A DNA stretch of 64,000 bases. It comes from an uncultured Actinomycetota bacterium. Its GTDB lineage: Bacteria; Actinomycetota; Acidimicrobiia; Spongiisociales; UBA5794. Of this stretch, positions 10,716 to 19,059 are shown one piece after another. The number at the start of each line of letters is the position of its first letter. The stretch's first letter is position 1. Position numbers and translations under genes: made by a program. The stretch is from positions 148,530 through 212,529 of the forward strand of contig CAWIHT010000014.1 in the NCBI GenBank assembly GCA_963836085.1. The letters run 5' to 3'. The notes beneath the pieces are model-generated. The model made no database searches and was not told the origin of the DNA. It worked only from the letters and a program-made list of their open reading frames with translations.

Positions 10716-11312
10716 ATGAGCGAGGAGTTGATCAGCCTCGATTGTGCGGTTCCGATCTGGGATCGCTTTCACCTCGCTCGTCCGCTCGTGATCGTTGGGA
10801 CCGTGGATCTCGACGGTGCCGTAGATCTCGCTCCGAAACACATGGCCGGGCCGGTCTCGTGGGAGAACCTTTTCGGTTTCGTGTGTTCCGAGCGACACGC
10901 CACCTATCGAAACGCGGTGCGTACCGGCGAATTCACGGTGTCGTACCCAACGCCGGACCAGGTCGTCACGACCAGCCTCACGGCCGCACCACGCTCAGCC
11001 GATGACTCGAAGCCGAGCCTCAGCGCGGTCGCAACCGAACCGGCCAGGGTCGTCGACGGGGCCTTGATCTCCGGTGCGAGGATCCACTTCGAGTGCGAAC
11101 TCGAACGCACCGTCGAGGATCTCGGTCCGAACAGCCTCGTCATCGGCCGCATCGTCGCGGCGGCCGTCGCGGAGCCCGCAGTCCGATTCCTCGACCGCGA
11201 AGACTGGCACACGATCACCGAAGCGCCGATCCTGGTCTACCTGCCTCCCAACCGATATGCGACCATCGACGAGAGCCGGAGCTTCCCGTTCCCTGCCGGC
11301 TGGTCGAGGTAG
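10716..11312 (+). CDS. Flavin reductase-like (FMN-binding split-barrel) domain protein
   Basis: ATG preceded by GGCGGAGGAG. Resembles Flavin_Reduct/DIM6-NTAB-like proteins. Ends 4 nt before the next gene. Confidence 0.65.
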   Translation: MSEELISLDCAVPIWDRFHLARPLVIVGTVDLDGAVDLAPKHMAGPVSWENLFGFVCSERHATYRNAVRTGEFTVSYPTPDQVVTTSLTAAPRSADDSKPSLSAVATEPARVVDGALISGARIHFECELERTVEDLGPNSLVIGRIVAAAVAEPAVRFLDREDWHTITEAPILVYLPPNRYATIDESRSFPFPAGWSR

Positions 11313-11315
11313 GCC

Positions 11316-12497
11316 ATGCCCTCCACCGCAGCGCCTGAGGCGATTCTCGACCACCTCACGGCACGCGAGGATGAACTCATCGACCTCTGCGCCGAGCTCG
11401 TGTCGATCGAGAGCCCGTCGTCGGATGCGCGTGCTACCAGGAGCGTTCTCGAGCGGCTGACACCTGAGCTCGATGGCTTGGGCTATCGGTATCGCATGTC
11501 CAAACCTGCCAACTCAGGTGGATTCCTGTACGCGAGGCCGAGCGATCGACCGCGGCACGCACCGGCCCAGCTTCTCCTCGGACACGTCGACACCGTCTGG
11601 CCGCTCGGAACGCTCGGAGCACGTCCGTGGAGCGTCGATGACGGCGTCGCCCGCGGGCCGGGAGTATTTGACATGAAGGCCGGTGTCGTCCAAATTCTGT
11701 TCGCGATCGGCACCATTCAGAACCTCGGACTCGACCCCCCGGCAACACCGGTGGTCCTCATCAACACCGATGAGGAGATCGGCAGCCGGGAGAGCACGTC
11801 GGCCATCGACCGGCTGAGCAAGGTGGCGTCACGAGCCTTCGTCTGTGAGCCGGGCCTCGGGTCATCTGGCGCGATGAAGACGGCCCGTAAGGGACTCGCG
11901 AAGTACACCGTGACCGTTCACGGGCGAGCCGCCCATGCAGGCTTGGATCCCGAGGCCGGCGCCAGCGCAATCCTCGAACTCTCCTCGGTCATCCAGCGTC
12001 TGTTCGATCTCACCGATCGCGAGCGCGATATCACCGTCAACGTGGGAACGATCGAAGGAGGTATCCAGGCGAACGTGGTCGCACCACGCAGCCAGGCGGT
12101 CGTCGATGTTCGTGTCCTCACGTCGGAGGACGCCGAGGCCGTTGACGCGGCCATCCGCACGATGGAAGCGGTCACACCGGGAACGTCGATCACGGTCACT
12201 GGAGGCTTCGGTCGGCCCCCAATGGTGCGCTCCGAACGCAATGCTGCTCTCTTCGAGCGGGCCCGAAGCATCGGAACCCGGCTCGGCATGGACCTCCAGG
12301 AAGTCACCGCCGGCGGCGGATCCGACGGCAACACGACCAGCCAGCACACGGCAACGCTCGATGGGCTCGGGATCATCGGCGACGGCGCACACGCCCCCGG
12401 CGAGCGGATCAACCTCAACAGCCTTGCTCCGAGAACCGCGCTCCTCGCGTCGCTGATGATGGAGCCGGTCGACGAGACAACGGGGAGGGAATCGTGA
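11316..12497 (+). CDS. M20 family metallopeptidase (carboxypeptidase G2-like)
   Basis: HVDTVWP, FDMKAG, NTDEEIGS and dimerisation-domain motifs typical of M20A enzymes. Confidence 0.8.
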   Translation: MPSTAAPEAILDHLTAREDELIDLCAELVSIESPSSDARATRSVLERLTPELDGLGYRYRMSKPANSGGFLYARPSDRPRHAPAQLLLGHVDTVWPLGTLGARPWSVDDGVARGPGVFDMKAGVVQILFAIGTIQNLGLDPPATPVVLINTDEEIGSRESTSAIDRLSKVASRAFVCEPGLGSSGAMKTARKGLAKYTVTVHGRAAHAGLDPEAGASAILELSSVIQRLFDLTDRERDITVNVGTIEGGIQANVVAPRSQAVVDVRVLTSEDAEAVDAAIRTMEAVTPGTSITVTGGFGRPPMVRSERNAALFERARSIGTRLGMDLQEVTAGGGSDGNTTSQHTATLDGLGIIGDGAHAPGERINLNSLAPRTALLASLMMEPVDETTGRES

Positions 12498-13504
12498 TCA
12501 AGTACTTCTTCTCATCGCTCACACGGATCTCGAACCTCGCAGAGGAGGCGTTCACCGTCGAGCCGTGGGATCGCAGTGGTTGGGCCACCGGCGACTACGT
12601 CGTTGGTGAGGTCGTCGGTCGGGCCGGGGAGCTATCGCGGGTTGAGCTCCGAAGCGGTCGGATGATCGAAGTCGTCGAAGGTGACCTCGTGGTCGGCGCC
12701 TGGGGAAGTCGGATGGCAACGCTCGAGGCCGTCGGGGACTGGCGGAACATCACCGAAGACGGCATGTTTCACGCGATGACGTCGGCCGGCCTCTTCGGAC
12801 GGGTCACGTCGATTGCCCCGCTGATGCCGCCGATCATGCGGCTCCGCTATGTCGGTCACGTGACGCGAACCGGGCAGAAGATGACGATGGACGACTTCCT
12901 GCCTCCGATTCCCGACATTCCATACGAGGCCCCGACGCTTCTCATCATCGGTACGTCGATGTCGGCGGGCAAGACAACGGCCGCCAAGCGCATCATCCGC
13001 CACCTCAAGGGGATCGGGCTCCACATCGTGGGGACCAAACTCACCGGTGCCGGTCGCTACCGCGACGTTCTCGCGATGTGGGATGCAGGTGCCGACGACG
13101 TGTTCGACTTCGTCGATGTTGGGCTACCGTCGACGATCGTTGAGCCGGAAGAGTATCGATCGCGATTGCGCGACCTGCTCTCGCTGGTCGCGGCCCGCAA
13201 ACCGGACATCGTCGTCGCCGAGGCCGGTGCGTCGCCGCTCGAGCCGTACAACGGGGAGATCGTCCTAGAGGAACTCGGGGAGCATGTGCGATGCACGGTG
13301 CTGTGTGCGTCGGATCCGTACGCGGTCTCCGGCGTCATCGCCGGGTTCGGGTACGAGCCGGACGTCGTCGCCGGCATTGCCACGAACACCACCGCATCGG
13401 TCGAACTGGTCCGCAAGCTGACGGGCCATGAAGGCTTCTCATTCATGATCGCTGAGGAGTCGGACGACGCATTCGACGTGATCCGCGCCCGCTTCGGCGT
13501 CTGA
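12494..13504 (+). CDS. DUF1611 family P-loop-like protein (DgcN-type N-acetyltransferase relatives)
   Basis: IIGTSMSAGKTT P-loop-like segment in a ~335-aa protein. 4-nt overlap with the M20 gene. Confidence 0.55.
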   Translation: MIKYFFSSLTRISNLAEEAFTVEPWDRSGWATGDYVVGEVVGRAGELSRVELRSGRMIEVVEGDLVVGAWGSRMATLEAVGDWRNITEDGMFHAMTSAGLFGRVTSIAPLMPPIMRLRYVGHVTRTGQKMTMDDFLPPIPDIPYEAPTLLIIGTSMSAGKTTAAKRIIRHLKGIGLHIVGTKLTGAGRYRDVLAMWDAGADDVFDFVDVGLPSTIVEPEEYRSRLRDLLSLVAARKPDIVVAEAGASPLEPYNGEIVLEELGEHVRCTVLCASDPYAVSGVIAGFGYEPDVVAGIATNTTASVELVRKLTGHEGFSFMIAEESDDAFDVIRARFGV

Positions 13505-13594
13505 CACTGCGAACCCGGGGTTCTCCGCCTCGTATGTGACGCCGTCAGCCCATGCAAAGGACTGGCGTTCCGGCCATCCACTACCGTTCTTGCC

Positions 13595-15937
13595 ATGGCT
13601 GACTTCTATCTCGGCGGGCCCGTTGATCCTCAGACGGGGAAGCGCCTCGAATCGCAGACAACGCACTACGAGGCCGAGGACCTCACCACCCATGGTGTGA
13701 TTGTGGGGATGACCGGATCCGGGAAGACCGGGCTCGGCATCATCTACCTCGAGGAAGCCCTTCGATCCGGGATCCCAACACTGATCCTGGACCCGAAAGG
13801 GGACATGACCAATCTCCTTCTCACCTTCCCCGACCTCGCACCCAACGACTTCGAACCATGGATCGACCCTGCGACAGCCCAGGACACATCGGTCGCCGAA
13901 GTCGCCGCCGACACGGCAGAGCTTTGGTCCAACGGTCTCGCGGGTTGGGATCTCGACGGAGCCGACATCGCCGACCTCCGCGAACGCGCCGGGTTCACGA
14001 TCTATACCCCGGGTTCGAAAGCAGGCGTTCCACTCAACATCGTCGGTTCGCTGGTTGCCCCTGACGGATCCTTCGACGACAGTGCGGAAGCTCTTCGTGA
14101 CGAGATCCAGGGATTCACCGCCGGACTCCTGGGCCTGGTCGGCATCGAGGCTGATCCGATCTCGTCTCGGGAGAACATCCTTATCGCCAACCTCATCGAA
14201 CACGCCTGGCGAAACGGCCAATCGCTCGACATGGACACGCTGCTCGGCTGGATCCAACGCCCCCCGATTCGCAAACTCGGCGTCTTCGACATCGAAGCGT
14301 TCTTCCCCGCCGACGACCGACTCGAACTGGCGATGAAGCTCAACGGCCTCCTCGCCTCACCAGGCTTTGGCACATGGATGGAGGGGGCGGCGCTCGACAT
14401 TCCGAGCCTCCTCTGGGATGCCGACGGCAGGCCGCAGGCGGCGATCATGTATCTCGCCCACCTCTCCGACGAGGAGCGCCAGTTCGTGGTCACCCTCATT
14501 CTGTCGAAGTTGATCACCTGGATGCGGTCCCAGCCCGGAAGCGGTGACCTGCGTGTGCTCGCGTACATGGACGAGGTTTTTGGATTCGTCCCACCGACAG
14601 CGAAACCCCCGGCGAAACAACCAATTCTGACACTCCTGAAGCAGGCGCGGGCGTTTGGGGTCGGGATGCTGTTGTCGACACAGAATCCTGTCGACCTCGA
14701 CTACAAGGCCATGTCGAATGCCGGAACCTGGTGCATCGGTCGGCTCCAGACCGAGCGAGACAAGGAGCGCATCCTGGAAGCGCTGACGTCGGTGACCGGA
14801 GATGTCGACATCAAGGTTCTCGATGAACAGATCTCGGGCCTGGCGAAACGGACTTTCCTGCTGCACAACACGCGTGACCGCGAACCGCAGATGTTCACGA
14901 CGCGATGGGCCATGTCGTATCTGCGTGGACCCCTCACCCCGACCCAGATCGGCAGCCTGACCGAGCGTCAATCGCCTGCTTCTGCGTCAACTGACTGGCC
15001 GACCAGCGCCCCACCCGAGCCGACGCCCGGGATCGATGATGGGACGGTCGCAATCATGCCGCCGGTCGCCGAGGGGATCGCCGCCTACCACCTCGATCCG
15101 GCAGCGGAATGGGCACCCACCGTGGCGGCGAGCGCCGCCCCGACCCGGTATGAGCCCGCTGCGGCAGTTCGAGTCACGGCGCGATACGACGAAACGCGCG
15201 CCGGCGTCGACCACGTCACGGAGTGGGAAGCGATTGTCGTTCCCTTGTCTGCCGGCGATCCGACGCCGATCGAGGTCGATCACGACCCTCGCGACTTCCT
15301 CGAAACAGCCGTCGCCGCCGTCCCGTACGCGCTTCCCGAAGCGCGGATCGACACAAAGACGTTCTGGTCCTCTTTGTCTGCCTCGATCAAGGAACAGGTG
15401 TACCGAGAAGGCAAGGTGACGGTCTTCAAGAACGCCCCCCTGAAGATGTACTCGCGGGTCGGCGAGTCGCGTGAGGACTTCGTTGCTCGATGCGACCGAA
15501 CTGCCGACGAAGCCGCCGATGCGGCCACGGCAGATCTCAAGGGGAAGTACGAGAAGAAGCTCCGGCGGGTTCAACTCGCGATCGACAAGTACGGTGCTCG
15601 AGCCGAAGCAGCGGCGGGCGATGCGCGCTCCGGCGACATCGACCTCGTCGCGGGCACCGTGTTCGACATGCTTGCCGGACGGAGCCGCTCGCGCAGCATC
15701 TCGTCGGCCACAAGAGCCAGACGGGCTGCGCAGCGACGAGTCGACGCTGCGAGCGAGCGGGTCGACGCAAAGGTCGCCGAGTATGAGGTCCTCCAGGAGG
15801 AGTTCCAGGACGAGGTCGGTGACCTCGTCGCCGAGTGGGATGACAAAGCGCAGGACGTCGAGGAGATGGAGATCGGCCTCGAGAAGAACGACATCACCGT
15901 CGCCGAGACGGTCCTCGTCTGGATCCCACGGGCCTGA
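13595..15937 (+). CDS. YjgR/DUF853 (HerA/FtsK-like) P-loop ATPase with ~300-aa C-terminal extension
   Basis: Walker A VGMTGSGKTGLG, ILDPKGD, AYMDEVFGFVPP and LSTQNPVDLD align with E. coli YjgR motifs. C-terminus is charged and coiled-coil-like. Confidence 0.7.
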   Translation: MADFYLGGPVDPQTGKRLESQTTHYEAEDLTTHGVIVGMTGSGKTGLGIIYLEEALRSGIPTLILDPKGDMTNLLLTFPDLAPNDFEPWIDPATAQDTSVAEVAADTAELWSNGLAGWDLDGADIADLRERAGFTIYTPGSKAGVPLNIVGSLVAPDGSFDDSAEALRDEIQGFTAGLLGLVGIEADPISSRENILIANLIEHAWRNGQSLDMDTLLGWIQRPPIRKLGVFDIEAFFPADDRLELAMKLNGLLASPGFGTWMEGAALDIPSLLWDADGRPQAAIMYLAHLSDEERQFVVTLILSKLITWMRSQPGSGDLRVLAYMDEVFGFVPPTAKPPAKQPILTLLKQARAFGVGMLLSTQNPVDLDYKAMSNAGTWCIGRLQTERDKERILEALTSVTGDVDIKVLDEQISGLAKRTFLLHNTRDREPQMFTTRWAMSYLRGPLTPTQIGSLTERQSPASASTDWPTSAPPEPTPGIDDGTVAIMPPVAEGIAAYHLDPAAEWAPTVAASAAPTRYEPAAAVRVTARYDETRAGVDHVTEWEAIVVPLSAGDPTPIEVDHDPRDFLETAVAAVPYALPEARIDTKTFWSSLSASIKEQVYREGKVTVFKNAPLKMYSRVGESREDFVARCDRTADEAADAATADLKGKYEKKLRRVQLAIDKYGARAEAAAGDARSGDIDLVAGTVFDMLAGRSRSRSISSATRARRAAQRRVDAASERVDAKVAEYEVLQEEFQDEVGDLVAEWDDKAQDVEEMEIGLEKNDITVAETVLVWIPRA

Positions 15938-15962
15938 CGCCGCCAACCCAGGGTTCTCAGCG

Positions 15963-16331
15963 TCAACCTTTGCGGAGGGCCCAGAGGACGTCTCGGATGT
16001 CGACGATGCCGAGGAGTTCCTCGCCGACGGTGACCGGGAGATGGCGGTAGCCGGTCTCCAGCAGCCAGTCCGCTGCCTCAGAGACACTCACCTCCGGCGG
16101 CACCGTATCCGGAGCGTCGGTCATCCACTCCGTGACCGGATCATCGAAGTTCGCCCGTTCAGAGACCGCCCGCACGACATCGCGATCGGTGAGGATCCCG
16201 GTGACAAGCCGCCCGTCGACGACCGCCAGCGCGCCAATCGATCGTGAGATGAGAACGAGAGCCGCGTCACCGAGAGTTGTCTCGGGTCCGACAACGTCCG
16301 ATGTCCCGCTGACCAGTGCTTCGACTCGCAC
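15963..16331 (-). CDS. CBS-pair domain protein
   Basis: Two CBS motifs (GALAVVDG...GILTDRDVV; HLPVTVGEELLGIVDIRDVL). Confidence 0.75.
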   Translation of the reverse strand: MRVEALVSGTSDVVGPETTLGDAALVLISRSIGALAVVDGRLVTGILTDRDVVRAVSERANFDDPVTEWMTDAPDTVPPEVSVSEAADWLLETGYRHLPVTVGEELLGIVDIRDVLWALRKG

Positions 16332-16411
16332 GGCGGCTCCCTTCGGCTGTTCTGCGAGTCAGGCTAGCCACCCGGGACCCATCGATGTCGGGCGATCCTC
16401 CGCGTGGGTGC

Positions 16412-17461
16412 CTAGACGAGGTCCTGTTCGCGGATCCCGAAGCTCGGGTGCCTGAGCCTGCACAGGGCAAGCTTCTCGAGTTGACGGATCCGCTCACGGG
16501 TGAGATTGAACTCGTCCCCGATTTCTTCAAGCGTCCGCGGCACGCCGTCGTAGAAGCCATACCGAAGCGCCAGGATGCGCCCCTCCCGCTCCGGGAGACG
16601 CTCGATCGACCTGCGGAGACTGTTCGCAATGTCCATCTCTTCGGTCACGCGGACCGGATCGACCGCCTCTTCGTCTTCGATGAAGTCTCCGAGTTGTGCG
16701 CCGTCCTCGCCGATCGGCTGCTCGAGCGACACCGTATCGGCAACGCTCAACGCCAGTTCGACTTTCGTGACATCCACGCCAGCCTCTTCGGCAATCTCCT
16801 CGGGCTTCGGGTCGCGACCCAGTTCAGCCTTGAGGCTCGCCTGCGCGGCGCGTACCGCTGCCAGCGTGTCGTGCAGGTGAACAGGGATTCGAACGGTGCG
16901 GGACTTGTCCGCAATCGCCCTCGTGATGGCCTGACGGATCCACCACGTTGCATAGGTGGAGAACTTGAAGCCCTTGCGCCAGTCGAACTTCTCGACCGCA
17001 CGGATCAGACCGAGATTTCCCTCCTGGATGAGGTCGAGAAAGTCGATGCCCGATGTGTTCGCGTAGCGGCGAGCGTTGGCAACGACCAGGCGGAGGTTGG
17101 CCGTGAGGAACGCGTCCTTGGCCTCCTGGCCTCTTCGGGCTTGGCGTCGGAGCGCGATTTGCTCGGCTCGGCCCTGGTGATCGCCCGCGTCGAGACGATC
17201 CTGAGCGGTCTGCCCCGCCTCGATCTTCTGGGCGTAGTCAACTTCCTTTTCAGCAGTCAGAAGCTCATACTCACCGATCGCAGTGAGGTACTGGCTGACC
17301 AGGTCGGTGGTCAAGCGGCCCCGATCGTCAGTGAGCTTGCTCCGATCCCGATCGCGTCGGGTGCGGGTTAGCGTGTCGCGGTCGACCCGCTCTTTCGCTT
17401 CCTCGCGTTCTCTCGCCGCGCGATTCAAGACGGCTTTGCTCGGATTCGAGCCATTTGTCAT
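16412..17461 (-). CDS. RNA polymerase sigma-70 family factor (group 1/2, SigA/SigB-like)
   Basis: Regions 1.2-4 recognisable ([53 protein letters not shown]). Start MTNGSN is preceded by GGAGGA. Confidence 0.85.
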   Translation of the reverse strand: MTNGSNPSKAVLNRAAREREEAKERVDRDTLTRTRRDRDRSKLTDDRGRLTTDLVSQYLTAIGEYELLTAEKEVDYAQKIEAGQTAQDRLDAGDHQGRAEQIALRRQARRGQEAKDAFLTANLRLVVANARRYANTSGIDFLDLIQEGNLGLIRAVEKFDWRKGFKFSTYATWWIRQAITRAIADKSRTVRIPVHLHDTLAAVRAAQASLKAELGRDPKPEEIAEEAGVDVTKVELALSVADTVSLEQPIGEDGAQLGDFIEDEEAVDPVRVTEEMDIANSLRRSIERLPEREGRILALRYGFYDGVPRTLEEIGDEFNLTRERIRQLEKLALCRLRHPSFGIREQDLV

Positions 17462-17906
17462 CGAGTGATCCTCCACCAACGTCAAGCACTCCACCCGTTC
17501 CTCCTCGTGAGGCGCGCCACGAGGCAGGAAGCAATTCAATATCACACATCCGGACCGATTTGTGAACCCCGAATGTTTCGGGGGTCCAATGGCACCGCAC
17601 GGTGAACCGACTCACTGTGGGCAGGGTAAGGAGCAACGGCGCCTAGCGCGACGTCAACGATCGTACTGCTCGCAGCGCCCCGGGAACTTGCCCGGCGGAC
17701 GTATCGCTCGGCCCAACCCCGGAGGACCGATCGCCCGGGGATGCTCTTCCCAACCAAACGGCACCTCCTCAGCCTCCATCGATTCTCCGGACGGATCGGG
17801 GATCCCGCCGAAGAATCCTCCGAGCAAGTCGGGCGCCACGCCGGCGCAGGCATCTGCGGCCCCGAAATCCTCGGATTCCTGAGGTGCGTCCGTATCCTCA
17901 CCACCC

Positions 17907-19007
17907 ATGTCGACCTCAACCCACCTCCCCCTCTGTGTGTACTGCGGAACCGCCCGACCGGCGGATCAGACGCGCTGCCCCCAATGCGGCCGCCCCTGGA
18001 TCGACGTTCGTATCGGTGGGATCGCCGAAGGCGGCGACCGAGCTCATGTGCCGGCGATGGCCGGAGCGGCAGCCTCGGCGGCGGCCGTCGGTGTCGACAA
18101 ATCCGCTCCCACTAGCCTTCCGGTGGCCGGCACCCGGGTGATCGACGACGCGGCGGATGATGCCCCGTACGAGGCACCTCCACCGCCCCCGGAGACAAAG
18201 ACCGACGCTGGACAAGTCCCCCCGCCATTCGCGTCCGAGGATGGTCCAGACGATGGTTCCAGTCAGCGATTCGTTTGGCTGATTCCGGCCCTCATCGCCG
18301 CGGCAGCGGTTGTTGTGGTGGCGTTGTTCGGCTTCGGCTTCCTCGACGACTCCGAACCGGTGGCAACCCCCGCTCCTACGACTCTCCCCGCTCCGACCAC
18401 CACGGCGCCGACCACAACAACGGAGGCGCCGACGACCACCGCCGCTCCGACCACGACGACCACCACGACCACCATCCCCGCCCCTGCCTCGATTCCGGCG
18501 GTTGGCGATGCCGTCTCGATGTCGGCATTGACGCTGAGGACCGCAGGGATCGGCCCGATCCTTCTCGGTGAGCCGGCGTCCGACGCGATCGGCCGCCTCA
18601 TCGCAAGCCTTGGCCGTCCGGAGGAGATCGGTGTTGCCGGCGAGGAGTTGGGTCTGTGCGCCGGAGAGCAGGGTCGTTTCGTGCGTTGGGCGGGCCTCAC
18701 GGCCGTCGTGTCGGGCACGCTCGAAGACGGAACGTTCGCCGGCTACCGCTACATGGACCAGACGGTTCCGACGATGCACCTCGACTTCTCCACCCCGTCG
18801 GGCCTGCGCGTCGGGGACTCGGTGGCGGCAGTCAACGAGATCTACTCGTCGTATCAGGTTGACTATGTCACCGACGGCGGGGCCAGCACCTTCCGCCTGT
18901 CGGACGCCGATGGCCTCCTGCTGTGGGGCCCGCTATCGTCGGCTGAGCCGACCGGCCGCGTCGAGGGGATCCACTCCCCCGATGCGTGCACTTCTTTGGG
19001 CCGATAG
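17907..19007 (+). CDS. Membrane-anchored protein: N-terminal zinc ribbon, Pro-rich segment, one TM, poly-Thr linker and a ~190-aa C-terminal domain of unknown family
   Basis: LCVYCGT...CPQCG ribbon. TM FVWLIPALIAAAAVVVVALFGFGF. C-terminus ends LLLWGP...GI.SPDAC. Paralogous to 21823-22752. Confidence 0.6.
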   Translation: MSTSTHLPLCVYCGTARPADQTRCPQCGRPWIDVRIGGIAEGGDRAHVPAMAGAAASAAAVGVDKSAPTSLPVAGTRVIDDAADDAPYEAPPPPPETKTDAGQVPPPFASEDGPDDGSSQRFVWLIPALIAAAAVVVVALFGFGFLDDSEPVATPAPTTLPAPTTTAPTTTTEAPTTTAAPTTTTTTTTIPAPASIPAVGDAVSMSALTLRTAGIGPILLGEPASDAIGRLIASLGRPEEIGVAGEELGLCAGEQGRFVRWAGLTAVVSGTLEDGTFAGYRYMDQTVPTMHLDFSTPSGLRVGDSVAAVNEIYSSYQVDYVTDGGASTFRLSDADGLLLWGPLSSAEPTGRVEGIHSPDACTSLGR

Positions 19008-19059
19008 CCGAACCTCGAAGTAGCATTGCGGGGGACCACATCCGACTACGAGGGCTTGA

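Noticed and set aside
17654-17908. 84-aa acidic minus-strand ORF abutting the zinc-ribbon gene start
   Set aside because: Third-position GC (~69%) is far below neighbouring genes and there is no homology. It is more likely leader or promoter DNA.
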